DNA of 29,906 nt from Thraustochytrium aureum (taxonomy: Eukaryota): NCBI GenBank assembly GCA_012862495.1, contig BLSG01000153.1, forward strand, positions 62,001 to 91,906, written 5' to 3'. Shown here one piece after another: positions 11,129-21,700 of this stretch (positions are counted from its first letter, which is position 1; each line of letters starts with the position of its first letter). The notes beneath the pieces were generated by a model. The model did not search any database. It worked only from the letters and a program-made list of their open reading frames with translations, and was not told the DNA's origin. The position numbers were made by a program, and so were the translations under genes.

Positions 11129-14100
11129 ATGGCGTCCGCAAGCTCGCCGCGCAAAGTGGACCGCTTCAGTAAAGGGTCGCTGATGTGGGTCCCGCAAGAG
11201 CAGGGCAAGTATCAGCTTGCCGAGGTCTCCAGGCGGGATGGCAGGATGCTCAAGCTGCATGTGATCGAGTCGGACAAGACGTTCGCGCTCGACCTCGACG
11301 ACCCGGACATCGCTGTGCTCAAAGCAAACTCGGCCGTGGTAGCCGACATGACGAGCTGGAGTTCCTGCACTTGCCAGGCATCCTGCACAACCTGCAGGAA
11401 AGGTCCATGGCGGACTCGCCCTACACCTTTCTGGGCGGGAGCGTCTTGGTGGCGGTGAATCCACTGCGGCAAGTAGCCGACCCCGCCGACACGCTCGGCA
11501 AGAAGAGCGCCATCAACGTGCCGCACCCATACGCGCTTGCGGAAGGCGCGTTCCAGCAGATGTGCTTTGCCGCCGGGCGCAAGCAAAAGGACTCGCCCGT
11601 CAACCAGAGCATCCTGGTCAGCGGCGAGTCCGGGGCCGGCAAGACCGAGTCGAGCAAGATGGTGCTGCGCCACCTTGTGCGGCGGTGCGTGGACGGCGCC
11701 TCCACCGGCGTGAGCGACCTTGACAAGCGCCTTTTGGACAGCAACCCGATCCTCGAGGCCTTCGGGAATGCCGCGACCAAGCGCAACCACAACTCGTCGC
11801 GGTTCGGCAAGTTTCTCAAGCTGCACTTTCAGCGGCGCAAGGGACGCGCCAAGTTTGGCGTGAGCGGAGCGAGCGTCGAGACGTACTTGCTGGAGCGGTC
11901 GCGCGTGACCTCGCACGGCGAGGGCGAGCGCTGCTTTCACGTGTTCTACGAGCTAATCGCCGGCGCCAGCAAGTCGCAGCGCGGCGCCCTTGAGCTCGAC
12001 CAGCCCTTCGCCTACCTCCGGCCGCGCAAGCGCGTGACGGAGGAGCGCCGCATTAACGTCAAGTCGGCGGGCAAGCGCAGCAAGAGCCTTCGGCTGAGCC
12101 TTAAGCGCCTGCAGGCAAACGACAAGAACGAATTCAAGGCGCTGTGCAGTGCGCTCGAGACGGTCGGGATCAGCAAAAGCGGGTCCGGGGCCGACGCGTG
12201 CCAGGACAATCTGTTCGGGGTCGTCGCGGCACTTTTGCACCTGGGCAACGTCGTGTTCGAAGACGACTCGAGCACCTCGGAGGGCCACGTGGCGACTGTG
12301 AAGGACGACGCGCCGCTCGACAAGGCCGCAGACCTGCTGGGCGTAAAGTCCAAGCGTCTGCGCAAGCTCTTTACGGAGCGCAAAGTCAAGACTGTGGGCG
12401 AGGAGATCATCTCCAAGCGCGACGCGCAGAGTGCCAAGGACGCGCTCGACTCGGTGGCCAAGGCCATCTACGTCCGGTTGTTCGACTGGCTGGTGCGCCG
12501 CATCTCGGCGAGCCTCGGCGACGAGGGCGAGTCGAGCGACGAGAGCGACGAGGGTGGCAGCAGTGGCAGCAGCAGCAACGGCGGGGGCAAGCGCAAGTCC
12601 CCGGGGAGCTTTATCGGGGTGCTCGACATTTTCGGGTTCGAGTCGTTCTCGGTGAACGACTTTGAGCAGCTACTGATCAACTACACGAACGAGGCGCTGC
12701 AGAGCTCGTTCAACAAGCAGGTTTTTGAAGCGGAGGCCGAGCTGTACGAGAAAGAGGGCCTCCTTGTGAGCCAAAAAGACCGCGAGCTCCCGCTTGACAA
12801 CTCGAAATGCATGGCGCTGCTGCGCGGCGAGGCCCTGGACGGAGACACGAAGAAGTCGAGCAGCAAGGGCATCGGCAAGCAGCTCGGCATCCTTGGCGTA
12901 ATCAACGCCGAAGGGATGACGCCGCAGCCCCTGGACGAAAAGATGAACTCGACCCTGCACCGCACGTTCAAAGGCTACGAGCACTTTCCGGCCCCGCACC
13001 CCAAGGACATCAGGACGACCTTTATCGTCAAGCACTTTGCGGGGACAGTCAAGTACACGGTTGGCCACTTTCTTGAAAAGAACTCGGACAAGGTGCCTGC
13101 CGAGGTTGACGAGCTGTTCCGTGGTTCGAGCTTGGGGCTCGTCGCAGACCTCTTCAAGCCCAACGTGGCTGAGGGCAAGAAGGGCTCCATCGCAAGCGCG
13201 CGTCGTGCAGTGCGCACGATCAACCACTCGATCATCACTCGTTTCCGGTCGCAGATCGACAAGCTGATCACCACGCTCGACAGCACACGGTGCTCGTTCA
13301 TTCGATGCGTCAAGCCGAACCCGCACATGCTGCGAGAGGACGACGACCCGAGCTGGTTCGACGAGTGCTACGTGAGCAACCAGCTCGAGAACCTGAGCAT
13401 CCCGCAAACCACGCAGGTCCTCCGCGGCGGGCTTCCCACGCGCATTCCCTACGAGGTCTTTGTGGACGCCTACAGCACGGCGTTGCCGCGGGAGGCGATC
13501 GGGGTCTGGAAGTCGCTCGGGCAGGGCGACGACCGCGCGTTCGTGGCCGCCCTGTTCTTCGCCTTCAATGTGGACCCGACAACGTACAAGATGGGGCTGA
13601 CCAAGGTGTTTTTCAAGGCCGGCATGCTCGAGCAGCTCACCGCGGTGCTCGAGATGGCGACATCGGGCAACATCCTGGAGAACGCCATTGTGGAGCGCTT
13701 CCGCAGCTCGTTTGCGCGCCACTTGTGGCGCAAGGCGTACGCCAAGGTGCTGGCCTTCAACCGGTTCAGGCGCCTCTTGCGGTTTTCGCGCGAGCGAAAC
13801 GGCGCCGTGACCATCTTGCAGCGCCTCGCGCGCCGCAAGCTCGCCGAGTTGGAGGGCAAGGCCGAGCTGGCGCGCCTCCGCGAGGACAGGCGCAAAAAGG
13901 AGGAGGCCGAGGCTCGGCGGCGCGCCAAGGAGGCCCGCCAGTTGCAAAAGGAGGCCAAGCGCAAGGCCGACGCCGCCGCTGCTCGCAAGCAAAAGGAGGC
14001 CGAGCTTTTGCGCGAGCAGGAGCTGCAGCTCGAAGAGCGGGCCAAGCAGGAGGAGTCTCGCGCCAAAGAAGCGGCGGCCGAGCAGGCGCGCGTCAAGGAG

Positions 14101-16244
14101 TACCGCGCCAAGGCAGAGCGCGAGGAAAAGGCAGCGCGGAAGAAGGAGCGCGAGGAAACGCGGCTGACGATCGAGCGGTGCGGCGGCGAGCAGGGCTATC
14201 TCGCGCAAAAGACCCTCGAGCGGTCGATCCGGTTCGACGAGGACGTGCGCGTCGAGACGTTCGAGCCGTACCTGGGCGAAGAGCACATGGAGCCCCCCTC
14301 GGCCAGCTTGAACTCGCACGCGATGGAAGAAGACATCCGCACGTCGGAGACCGCCGACTTGCAGGGGATTGCGGGCTCGATCAAGGTCGTCAGCAAGGCA
14401 CCCATGCCGGGCCCTGAAGCCGACGAAAGGTTGGGCCGCCGGCGCTCGTACGCGCCGGCTCGCTCGCTGGCGGCTGGCAAGGGCAGCGCCGCCGCCGCCG
14501 CCCTGGACTCGCCCTCGCTCGGTGGCGACATCTCAGCAGAGAACATCCTCGTCGCTCGCGACTCTGACCCTGCCGAGGCCCGCTTGAACGCGGCTCGTCA
14601 GCGCAGGCAGGAGGGCGACCAAGGCCAGAGCGGGCCCAAGCGCCGCGGCGGGGCCGCCTCTGGGCTGAGCCAGCTGGCCTGCATGCTGAGCAGCGCCAAG
14701 GCGCGCGTGCGCCACTCTGCGCCGGCGGCAATGCGGCGACCTAGCCAGGTGCAGCCGTACGCGTGGGAGACCTGCTTTGTCTCGCTGAGGGGGTTTTCTG
14801 TGCAGTACTTTCGGGGCAGCTCCCTGGAGACCGACGCCGCCGGCGAGCACCTGGTCGGGACCAACCTGCTGGGCTCGATCGAGCTGTCTGGCGTCAAGGA
14901 GCTCATGCGGTTCGCCAAGGCGGAGGACGACCCGCGGCTGACCGCCGCGTCGCGGCGCGGGGCGGCGCCCGTGGACCCGACCAAGGTGCTCAAGTTGCGG
15001 CACGCGGGCGGGCAGCACCTGCTGCTCCAGTTCGATTCCACGGACGAGTGCAACCGGTGGAGCCGCGCCTTGGACAAGGCGCTGATGGGCTGGCGGGAAG
15101 AGGTTCGCGCGATGAAGCGCTTCAAGAAGGGCAAGCTCAGGTCGAGCGCGATGCGCGAGTACAAGGCCATGCTGGACGAGGGCATCATCAACAAGAAGGA
15201 CTACAAGTTTGCTCTGGCGCAGCAGGTGAGCACCGACCTCGAGTACGTGCAGCAGGAAGTTGCCATCTTTGGCGAGTCGGCGTACGACAAGCGCGTGATT
15301 TGCGAGGACTGCCGCGGAGTCAACTTTTTGCTCGAGCGCGACGCCGACGGCGCCTTCTGGTGCCACGAGTGCGGCACAGAGCTGAGCCTGGACGGCTCGA
15401 TGTCGTCAAGTGCGATGCCGTCGCTGCTGCAGCCGTTTGAGGCGGACCCCGCCGAGCAGGCAGAGGCGATCGTGGGGATCAGCCGGTTCCCGATCTCGGT
15501 CACGCTCACGGACGGGTCTGTCCTGACCGTGTTCCAGGGCGAGCTCATCGGGCGGCCTCGATTCGACCACAAGTCGGGGACGCGCCAGTATTACTTTTCG
15601 TTCCGCTGCCAGTTCGAGGACAAGAAGGACAAGAAGTGTGTGCGGTACTGGTCGATCGATTTCCCGTTCCTTCGTTCAGGTACTTGCACGAGTCGCTGAT
15701 CAAGGACTTTGAGGCGCGCGGGGCCAAGGTGACGCTGCCCAAGTTTCCGAGCGGGGACAAGGCCGACGCGCCGAGCCCGAAGGACCTGGCCCGCTTTCGC
15801 CTTGGCGAGCTGAACTCGTACATGGAGGGGCTCTTGGGCACGGCGACGACGGACCCAATTGTGTTTCGCTCCGAGCCGATGCGCTACTTTTTCAACCTCA
15901 AGTCCAACATCCAGGTCTCGCCGCTTACGCTAGACGAGCTCATGCAGCTGCAGGAGTCGTTCAATGCGCTCGCGGCGTACGAGAAGGGCGGCAAGGGGAT
16001 GACGCGCGCGCTCTATGGGCTGTACAAGAGCTTGCAGGGGCTTTACTCGCGCATCGAGGCGAGCGGGGACGAGGACATTGTGTTCAACACGACCGACTCT
16101 GCCATTGCCGCGTGCTCGCTGCAGCAAAAGGGGCAGATCTTTTCTCTCGCGCAGGACTACCTGGTCATTCTTGAGGGGTTTGAGTCGCGCTATTTCAAGT
16201 CGATTCGCGGCATGGAGCGCGTGAGCTCGCAGCAGAGCAAGTGA
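11129..16244 (+). CDS. Unconventional myosin heavy chain: motor, IQ-like neck, charged helix, PH, SHOCT-like, Zn ribbon, PX (two frameshifts)
   Basis: P-loop GESGAGKT, switch I NSSRFGK, switch II DIFGFE, FIRCVKPN and GLTKVFFK. A one-base insertion at about 11356 restores DMTSLEFLHLPGILHNL and links to ATG 11129. One at about 15670 links to SFRYLHESL..LPKFP..RLGELNSYMEGLL (PX-like). TGA ends at 16244. Confidence 0.93.
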
Positions 16245-16593
16245 TTGCCTTTCGCGCAGCCAAGCATGGCATCTGAGAGTGACCATCGAAGACAGCGGAG
16301 GGTTCGCAGCAGAGCAAGCGGTCGCCGTCCGCGCAGCCAAGCAGGGTCTCTGAGAGAATGATCGTCGAAGAAAGCGGTGGATGCGCAGCAGAGCGACCAG
16401 GGTGTCGGTGCGCTTGTTTTTGTTTTGATTTTGCTCAAGCACGCTGCACACAAGTGAAGGCCTCGTTATCGTCGCCCACGGCGCGTGCTCCGGAATGAAG
16501 GAAAATGAACAGTATGTTTTGGTGTTCTAGCGTAAAGCCAGTTGCGAGTCCGGTGCACGAAGTGAATTTCTTGCGTCTGGTGGGGTGGCGGAA

Positions 16594-17589
16594 CTACTCG
16601 TCTCCCACGCCGGGGCCGCGCGCGGGCGGCGCCGGCGCAGGCGCCTGACCCGGAGCCCCACCACCATCGTCGGTCTCATTGGGGTCCAAGTCAGTTTCAG
16701 CCGAGTCCGCGCAGGGCAACTCTGGCGGACCGTGTCTGCTCAAGACGATCGTGTTGAACGAGCTGCAGTGCCCGCAGCGGTGCCCCATGAAGTGAAAGGG
16801 GGCCTCGCTTGTGCGGTTGCAGTCGTTGCAAGTGATGACGGCCACTATGCCCCGGAACTCTGCAGGCATCTCGTTCCGCGCGAGGATGGACTCTGTCACA
16901 GCTGCGAAAACTTCGTCCGGGGCTGTGAAGCTCTTGCGGCACATAGGGCAGCTCGAGTGCCCCAATGCCTCGGCGCGACTAAAGCAGGTGGCGTGGAGCG
17001 CATGGCCGCACCGCAGTGGGATGACGGAATTCGTCGAAGACTGAAGGTCTTCGCCGCACACAGGGCAGTCGTTATTGGTGTTCACACAGGTGTGGGTCGC
17101 GAAGAGCCTGGGCGGCATGCACAGCGAGCACTTGTCGCAGTGCCGAAAGTTTTCGCGTTTCCCAAGGCGGCACAGCTTGCACTTGTCGCAGTGAAAGATG
17201 TCCTTGCCTTCGGTATCCTCCCACAGCCTGCAAACCGCGCAAAAGTACCGCGTGCTCTTCCACGCGCAGTCCTCCGCGCGGCAACACTCCGCAACGGGCT
17301 GTCGTTGGCCGCACAACCTGCAGACCATCTCCTCCGTCGCGTGCCTGTCGATCTTGTGCTCGAGCGCCTCGTCGTGGCACAACCTGCACCCGACGACGAG
17401 CCCGCAGCACTTGGCCACGATCGAGCACTGCCGCGCATAGTGCGCGCACTGCCTTCCTTCCACCGCTTTGGGCGGCGCCTCCACTCTCTCGCGCTGCGCG
17501 CTATACAGGGCCTGAATCCGTCTCGTGCGCTCCTCGGCGCTCAGGCCAGCGTCGAGCCCGAGCGCGCGGATCTGCTCCATGAGCCCCAT
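16594..17589 (-). CDS. RCHY1: RING finger and CHY zinc finger protein (Pirh2/RCHY1-like E3 ligase)
   Basis: CHY (CAHYARQC..CC..CRLCHD), CTCHY (YFCAVC..FHCDKCKLCRLG..HCDKC..HTC), RING (CPVC..CGHALHATC..CPMCRKS) and C-terminal zinc ribbon (CNDC..FHFMGHRCGHCSSFNT). Start at ATG 17589 or 17580; could extend into the upstream gap. Confidence 0.92.
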   Translation of the reverse strand: MGLMEQIRALGLDAGLSAEERTRRIQALYSAQRERVEAPPKAVEGRQCAHYARQCSIVAKCCGLVVGCRLCHDEALEHKIDRHATEEMVCRLCGQRQPVAECCRAEDCAWKSTRYFCAVCRLWEDTEGKDIFHCDKCKLCRLGKRENFRHCDKCSLCMPPRLFATHTCVNTNNDCPVCGEDLQSSTNSVIPLRCGHALHATCFSRAEALGHSSCPMCRKSFTAPDEVFAAVTESILARNEMPAEFRGIVAVITCNDCNRTSEAPFHFMGHRCGHCSSFNTIVLSRHGPPELPCADSAETDLDPNETDDGGGAPGQAPAPAPPARGPGVGDE

Positions 17590-18771
17590 CCCAGCCCGCG
17601 CCAGCCCACAGCGCCAGCCCGCCAAACCACCACCAGCGGGCAGGACGAGACCAGGAGGAGGAGGAAGCCCTCCTGTCGCCCACGCGCGCGCACGCACGGA
17701 GCACGCACGGAGCACGGAGCGCGCGGCCTTGCAGGGCCGGCTCGAGCTCGGGGNNNNNNNNNNNNNNNNNNNNNNNNNNNNNNNNNNNNNNNNNNNNNNN
17801 NNNNNNNNNNNNNNNNNNNNNNNNNNNNNNNNNNNNNNNNNNNNNNNNNNNNNNNNNNNNNNNNNNNNNNNNNNNNNNNNNNNNNNNNNNNNNNNNNNNN
17901 NNNNNNNNNNNNNNNNNNNNNNNNNNNNNNNNNNNNNNNNNNNNNNNNNNNNNNNNNNNNNNNNNNNNNNNNNNNNNNNNNNNNNNNNNNNNNNNNNNNN
18001 NNNNNNNNNNNNNNNNNNNNNNNNNNNNNNNNNNNNNNNNNNNNNNNNNNNNNNNNNNNNNNNNNNNNNNNNNNNNNNNNNNNNNNNNNNNNNNNNNNNN
18101 NNNNNNNNNNNNNNNNNNNNNNNNNNNNNNNNNNNNNNNNNNNNNNNNNNNNNNNNNNNNNNNNNNNNNNNNNNNNNNNNNNNNNNNNNNNNNNNNNNNN
18201 NNNNNNNNNNNNNNNNNNNNNNNNNNNNNNNNNNNNNNNNNNNNNNNNNNNNNNNNNNNNNNNNNNNNNNNNNNNNNNNNNNNNNNNNNNNNNNNNNNNN
18301 NNNNNNNNNNNNNNNNNNNNNNNNNNNNNNNNNNNNNNNNNNNNNNNNNNNNNNNNNNNNNNNNNNNNNNNNNNNNNNNNNNNNNNNNNNNNNNNNNNNN
18401 NNNNNNNNNNNNNNNNNNNNNNNNNNNNNNNNNNNNNNNNNNNNNNNNNNNNNNNNNNNNNNNNNNNNNNNNNNNNNNNNNNNNNNNNNNNNNNNNNNNN
18501 NNNNNNNNNNNNNNNNNNNNNNNNNNNNNNNNNNNNNNNNNNNNNNNNNNNNNNNNNNNNNNNNNNNNNNNNNNNNNNNNNNNNNNNNNNNNNNNNNNNN
18601 NNNNNNNNNNNNNNNNNNNNNNNNNNNNNNNNNNNNNNNNNNNNNNNNNNNNNNNNNNNNNNNNNNNNNNNNNNNNNNNNNNNNNNNNNNNNNNNNNNNN
18701 NNNNNNNNNNNNNNNNNNNNNNNNNNNNNNNNNNNNNNNNNNNNNNCGCCTTTGGCGGGGCAGGCGCAAGA

Positions 18772-21700
18772 ATGACGCACACCGCCCAGCAGCTGGGCCA
18801 GACCCAGCCCAACACGGACGAGCTCCGCAGCAGGCTGGCCTTCATGATGAGCCCGGCCTCCTCCCCCATCCGCGAGCTGCGGTGGTGGACAAGCACGTAC
18901 GGCGAAGCCGAAGGGCTGAGCCGGCTGACGGCCACGCTCCTCTCTGCGCTCCGCTTGCACATCGACGAGCACTTGATGGAGCCGTTCCAGTCAGAGCGCA
19001 GCGAGCAGTTTCTCGAAATGCTCTGCCTCTGGCTCGAACACATCATCTGCGCCAAGCAGCTGCTCAACATACTGAGAGACACCGCCTCCTGGCCCGAGAG
19101 CACTGTGATCGCCAAGCAAAGGATCCGGAGCGCCACGGACGCCGAGCCCCAGCGCGTCTGCTCGCGCTCGTTCCGCGCAGGCGACATCGTCTGGAACTGC
19201 AAGCAGTGCCAGAAGGACACCACTTGCGTGCTCTGCCAGCAGTGCTTTCGCGACTCGGACCACGAGGGCCACGACGTCTACTTTTACCACGTGATGACCG
19301 ACGCAGGCGGCTGCTGCGACTGCGGCGACCCGGGGGCCTGGAACCCGAGGGGGTTTTGCACGCGCCACGGCGGGGGCACCGCCGACCCAGTGAGGTGGCT
19401 CCCCGAGGACATCAGTGCCACAGCTAAGGTCGTCGTCGCCCAGGTGGTCAGGTGCATCGCCGGCCTGGCGTCGGCCGGCCGCGCCGAGCTCGTTCTGGAG
19501 GCGGTGCCCGAGCAACTCGCCGACCCGGCGGTGATCTCCTCCACCGCCTTCAAGGACGAGGTCAAGCGCCTGTACGAGTACATTTCCCGCGCGGCGAGCC
19601 ATCAGCTCCGCCCAAAGGAGTCCCGAGACGAGATGGGCGTGCCCATCCTCCTCAAGAGCTGGTTCGTCAAGGTGGAGAACTGCATCCGGTCCTGCTCGGC
19701 CAAGGGCCGCCCCACCGAGCTCGCGCTGGAGGAGGACGTCGACCAGTTCGTGCTCGCCGCAATCACACTCTCCAACCTGGAGAACTGCAGAAGAGTCGTG
19801 CGAGACCTCCGCGGCAACATGTTCTTCCGCCTCGTCGCCAAGAACGCCTCGTCGATTCGCATTTCGTACTTTACCGAGCGGCTCGCCAGTTGGCTGCTGA
19901 CGACGCTCTGCGTCGACTCGGACGCCTTCTCGCGCATCGCCTGCCAGGCGCTCACCGAGTCCGCGCCGGCCGATGACCAGGAAAGAGAGGACGAAAAGCG
20001 GATCGGCTGCACGCTGACGCCGCTCAAGCGCCTCATCGTGCAGGACCTGCAGCTCCCAGACTCGTGCAGCAAGGCGCTCCGCAGCCTGTACATACGTCTC
20101 CTGGTCGACGGCCTCTTCAAGCAGCGCTTCGCGATCGCCTTCGCCAAGACCTACCGCGAGTGCGCAATGGCGCGTATCAAGCGCCTGCCTGTGCTCGAGA
20201 TGTCGGACGTGGACACCATTTTCGGCCTCTCCGTGCAGTTTCTCAACCGCCCCAACCACGTGCTGCTCCTTGTGCACGACCACGGGTTTCTGCTCAGCAT
20301 CCTGCGCAGCCTGCAGGCCACGGTCAAGTACTGCGAGCGCCCCTCGCCTAACGACGCGTCGCGGACGGAGCTCGACCTGCTCAGCACCGTGCTCACGCAC
20401 CGCAAGACAAAGTGCCTGGTGACCGACTTTCAGTACGTGCTCAACACACCGGGAATGTCGCGCTACCTCCTTGGCCATGACCCGCAGTACCTCTCCATGT
20501 GGTTCAGCCTCCTCGACACGGTGTACGGGATGCACACGCAGACGCGCATCGTCGCTCCGGGGCTCCCCGAGAAGGACGAGCGCTGGATCCCGGCCTTCAA
20601 CTTGAGCCTGAGCTTGCTGAGCCTCTTTTCGGACCTCACCCGCTACCTGATGTTTGGCGAGCCGCTCGCGGTGGACGCCACCGAGCTTGAGTTTGAGACC
20701 ACGCAGGGGCGCTCGGCGCACCCTCGTCCTCAACACGGAAGACGACAAGAAGAGCCACGGCAAGTGGTGCCACGGCGTCCTCACGCGGTGCGTTCAGCAT
20801 GTGGCTCCATCCTCGACAAGNNNNNNNNNNNNNNNNNNNNNNNNNNNNNNNNNNNNNNNNNNNNNNNNNNNNNNNNNNNNNNNNNNNNNNNNNNNNNNNN
20901 NNNNNNNNNNNNNNNNNNNNNNNNNNNNNNNNNNNNNNNNNNNNNNNNNNNNNNNNNNNNNNNNNNNNNNNNNNNNNNNNNNNNNNNNNNNNNNNNNNNN
21001 NNNNNNNNNNNNNNNNNNNNNNNNNNNCAAGTAGAGTCTCTCTTCGGGACCCACCCGTACATCGCCTACGACGTCTCGTCGCAGCCGGTCACCTTCCACT
21101 GCCTGCTGCAGCGCTTTTTTGCAACGCTGCAGGCGCTTTGCGTGGCCTCCACCCTCGTGGCAGACGAGTACGAGGGCCTCCTGCACCTTGGCTCGCTTTC
21201 CTTTTGGCTCAGGATGATGCGCCAGCCGCTCAACGCGCTCATCTTGTTCGCGCAGAGCAACGCTAGCATGTGGGCCCGCAACGAAGACGTCGCGTCGCAG
21301 GCGATGAACTATCAGAGCCTGCCGTTCATCTCCGGCATGTCGATGGACATTCGCGTGCTCCAGATGGCCTCTCTGGCGCTTCCGCCAGATGTGCTCGTCT
21401 CGTACGTGGTGCATGCGTTCGACTTGATCGACTGGATCGGCCTCGCCAAGACGCGCCCCACTGCCGAGCCGCCGGTCGCTGCGACCGAACCCGATTCGGT
21501 CGAGGCCACCGCCGCAGCCGCCGCCGCCGCCAAGCTGCGGGCCAGGTTCAGCGCGGACCGCGCCGAAGTGGAGAGGAACGGGCGCACGCAGCAGCAAAGC
21601 GAAAAGCTCGCCAGCGCTATGCTCGAGCTGCTCTGCGTCATGGTGACCGAGCTACCCCCCGCCACCCCGTTCGCGCTCAAGCGCGCGCTCGAGGCTGAGG

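Noticed and set aside
12670..14319. Long antisense ORFs (also 8531-9517, 18991-20784, 24784-25785)
   Set aside because: Expected shadows of GC-rich, codon-biased genes, with no recognisable motifs.
4133..16244. Pseudogene calls for the kelch, docking-subunit and myosin genes
   Set aside because: Motifs are intact and there are no nonsense codons once single indels are corrected; the assembly is visibly low quality.
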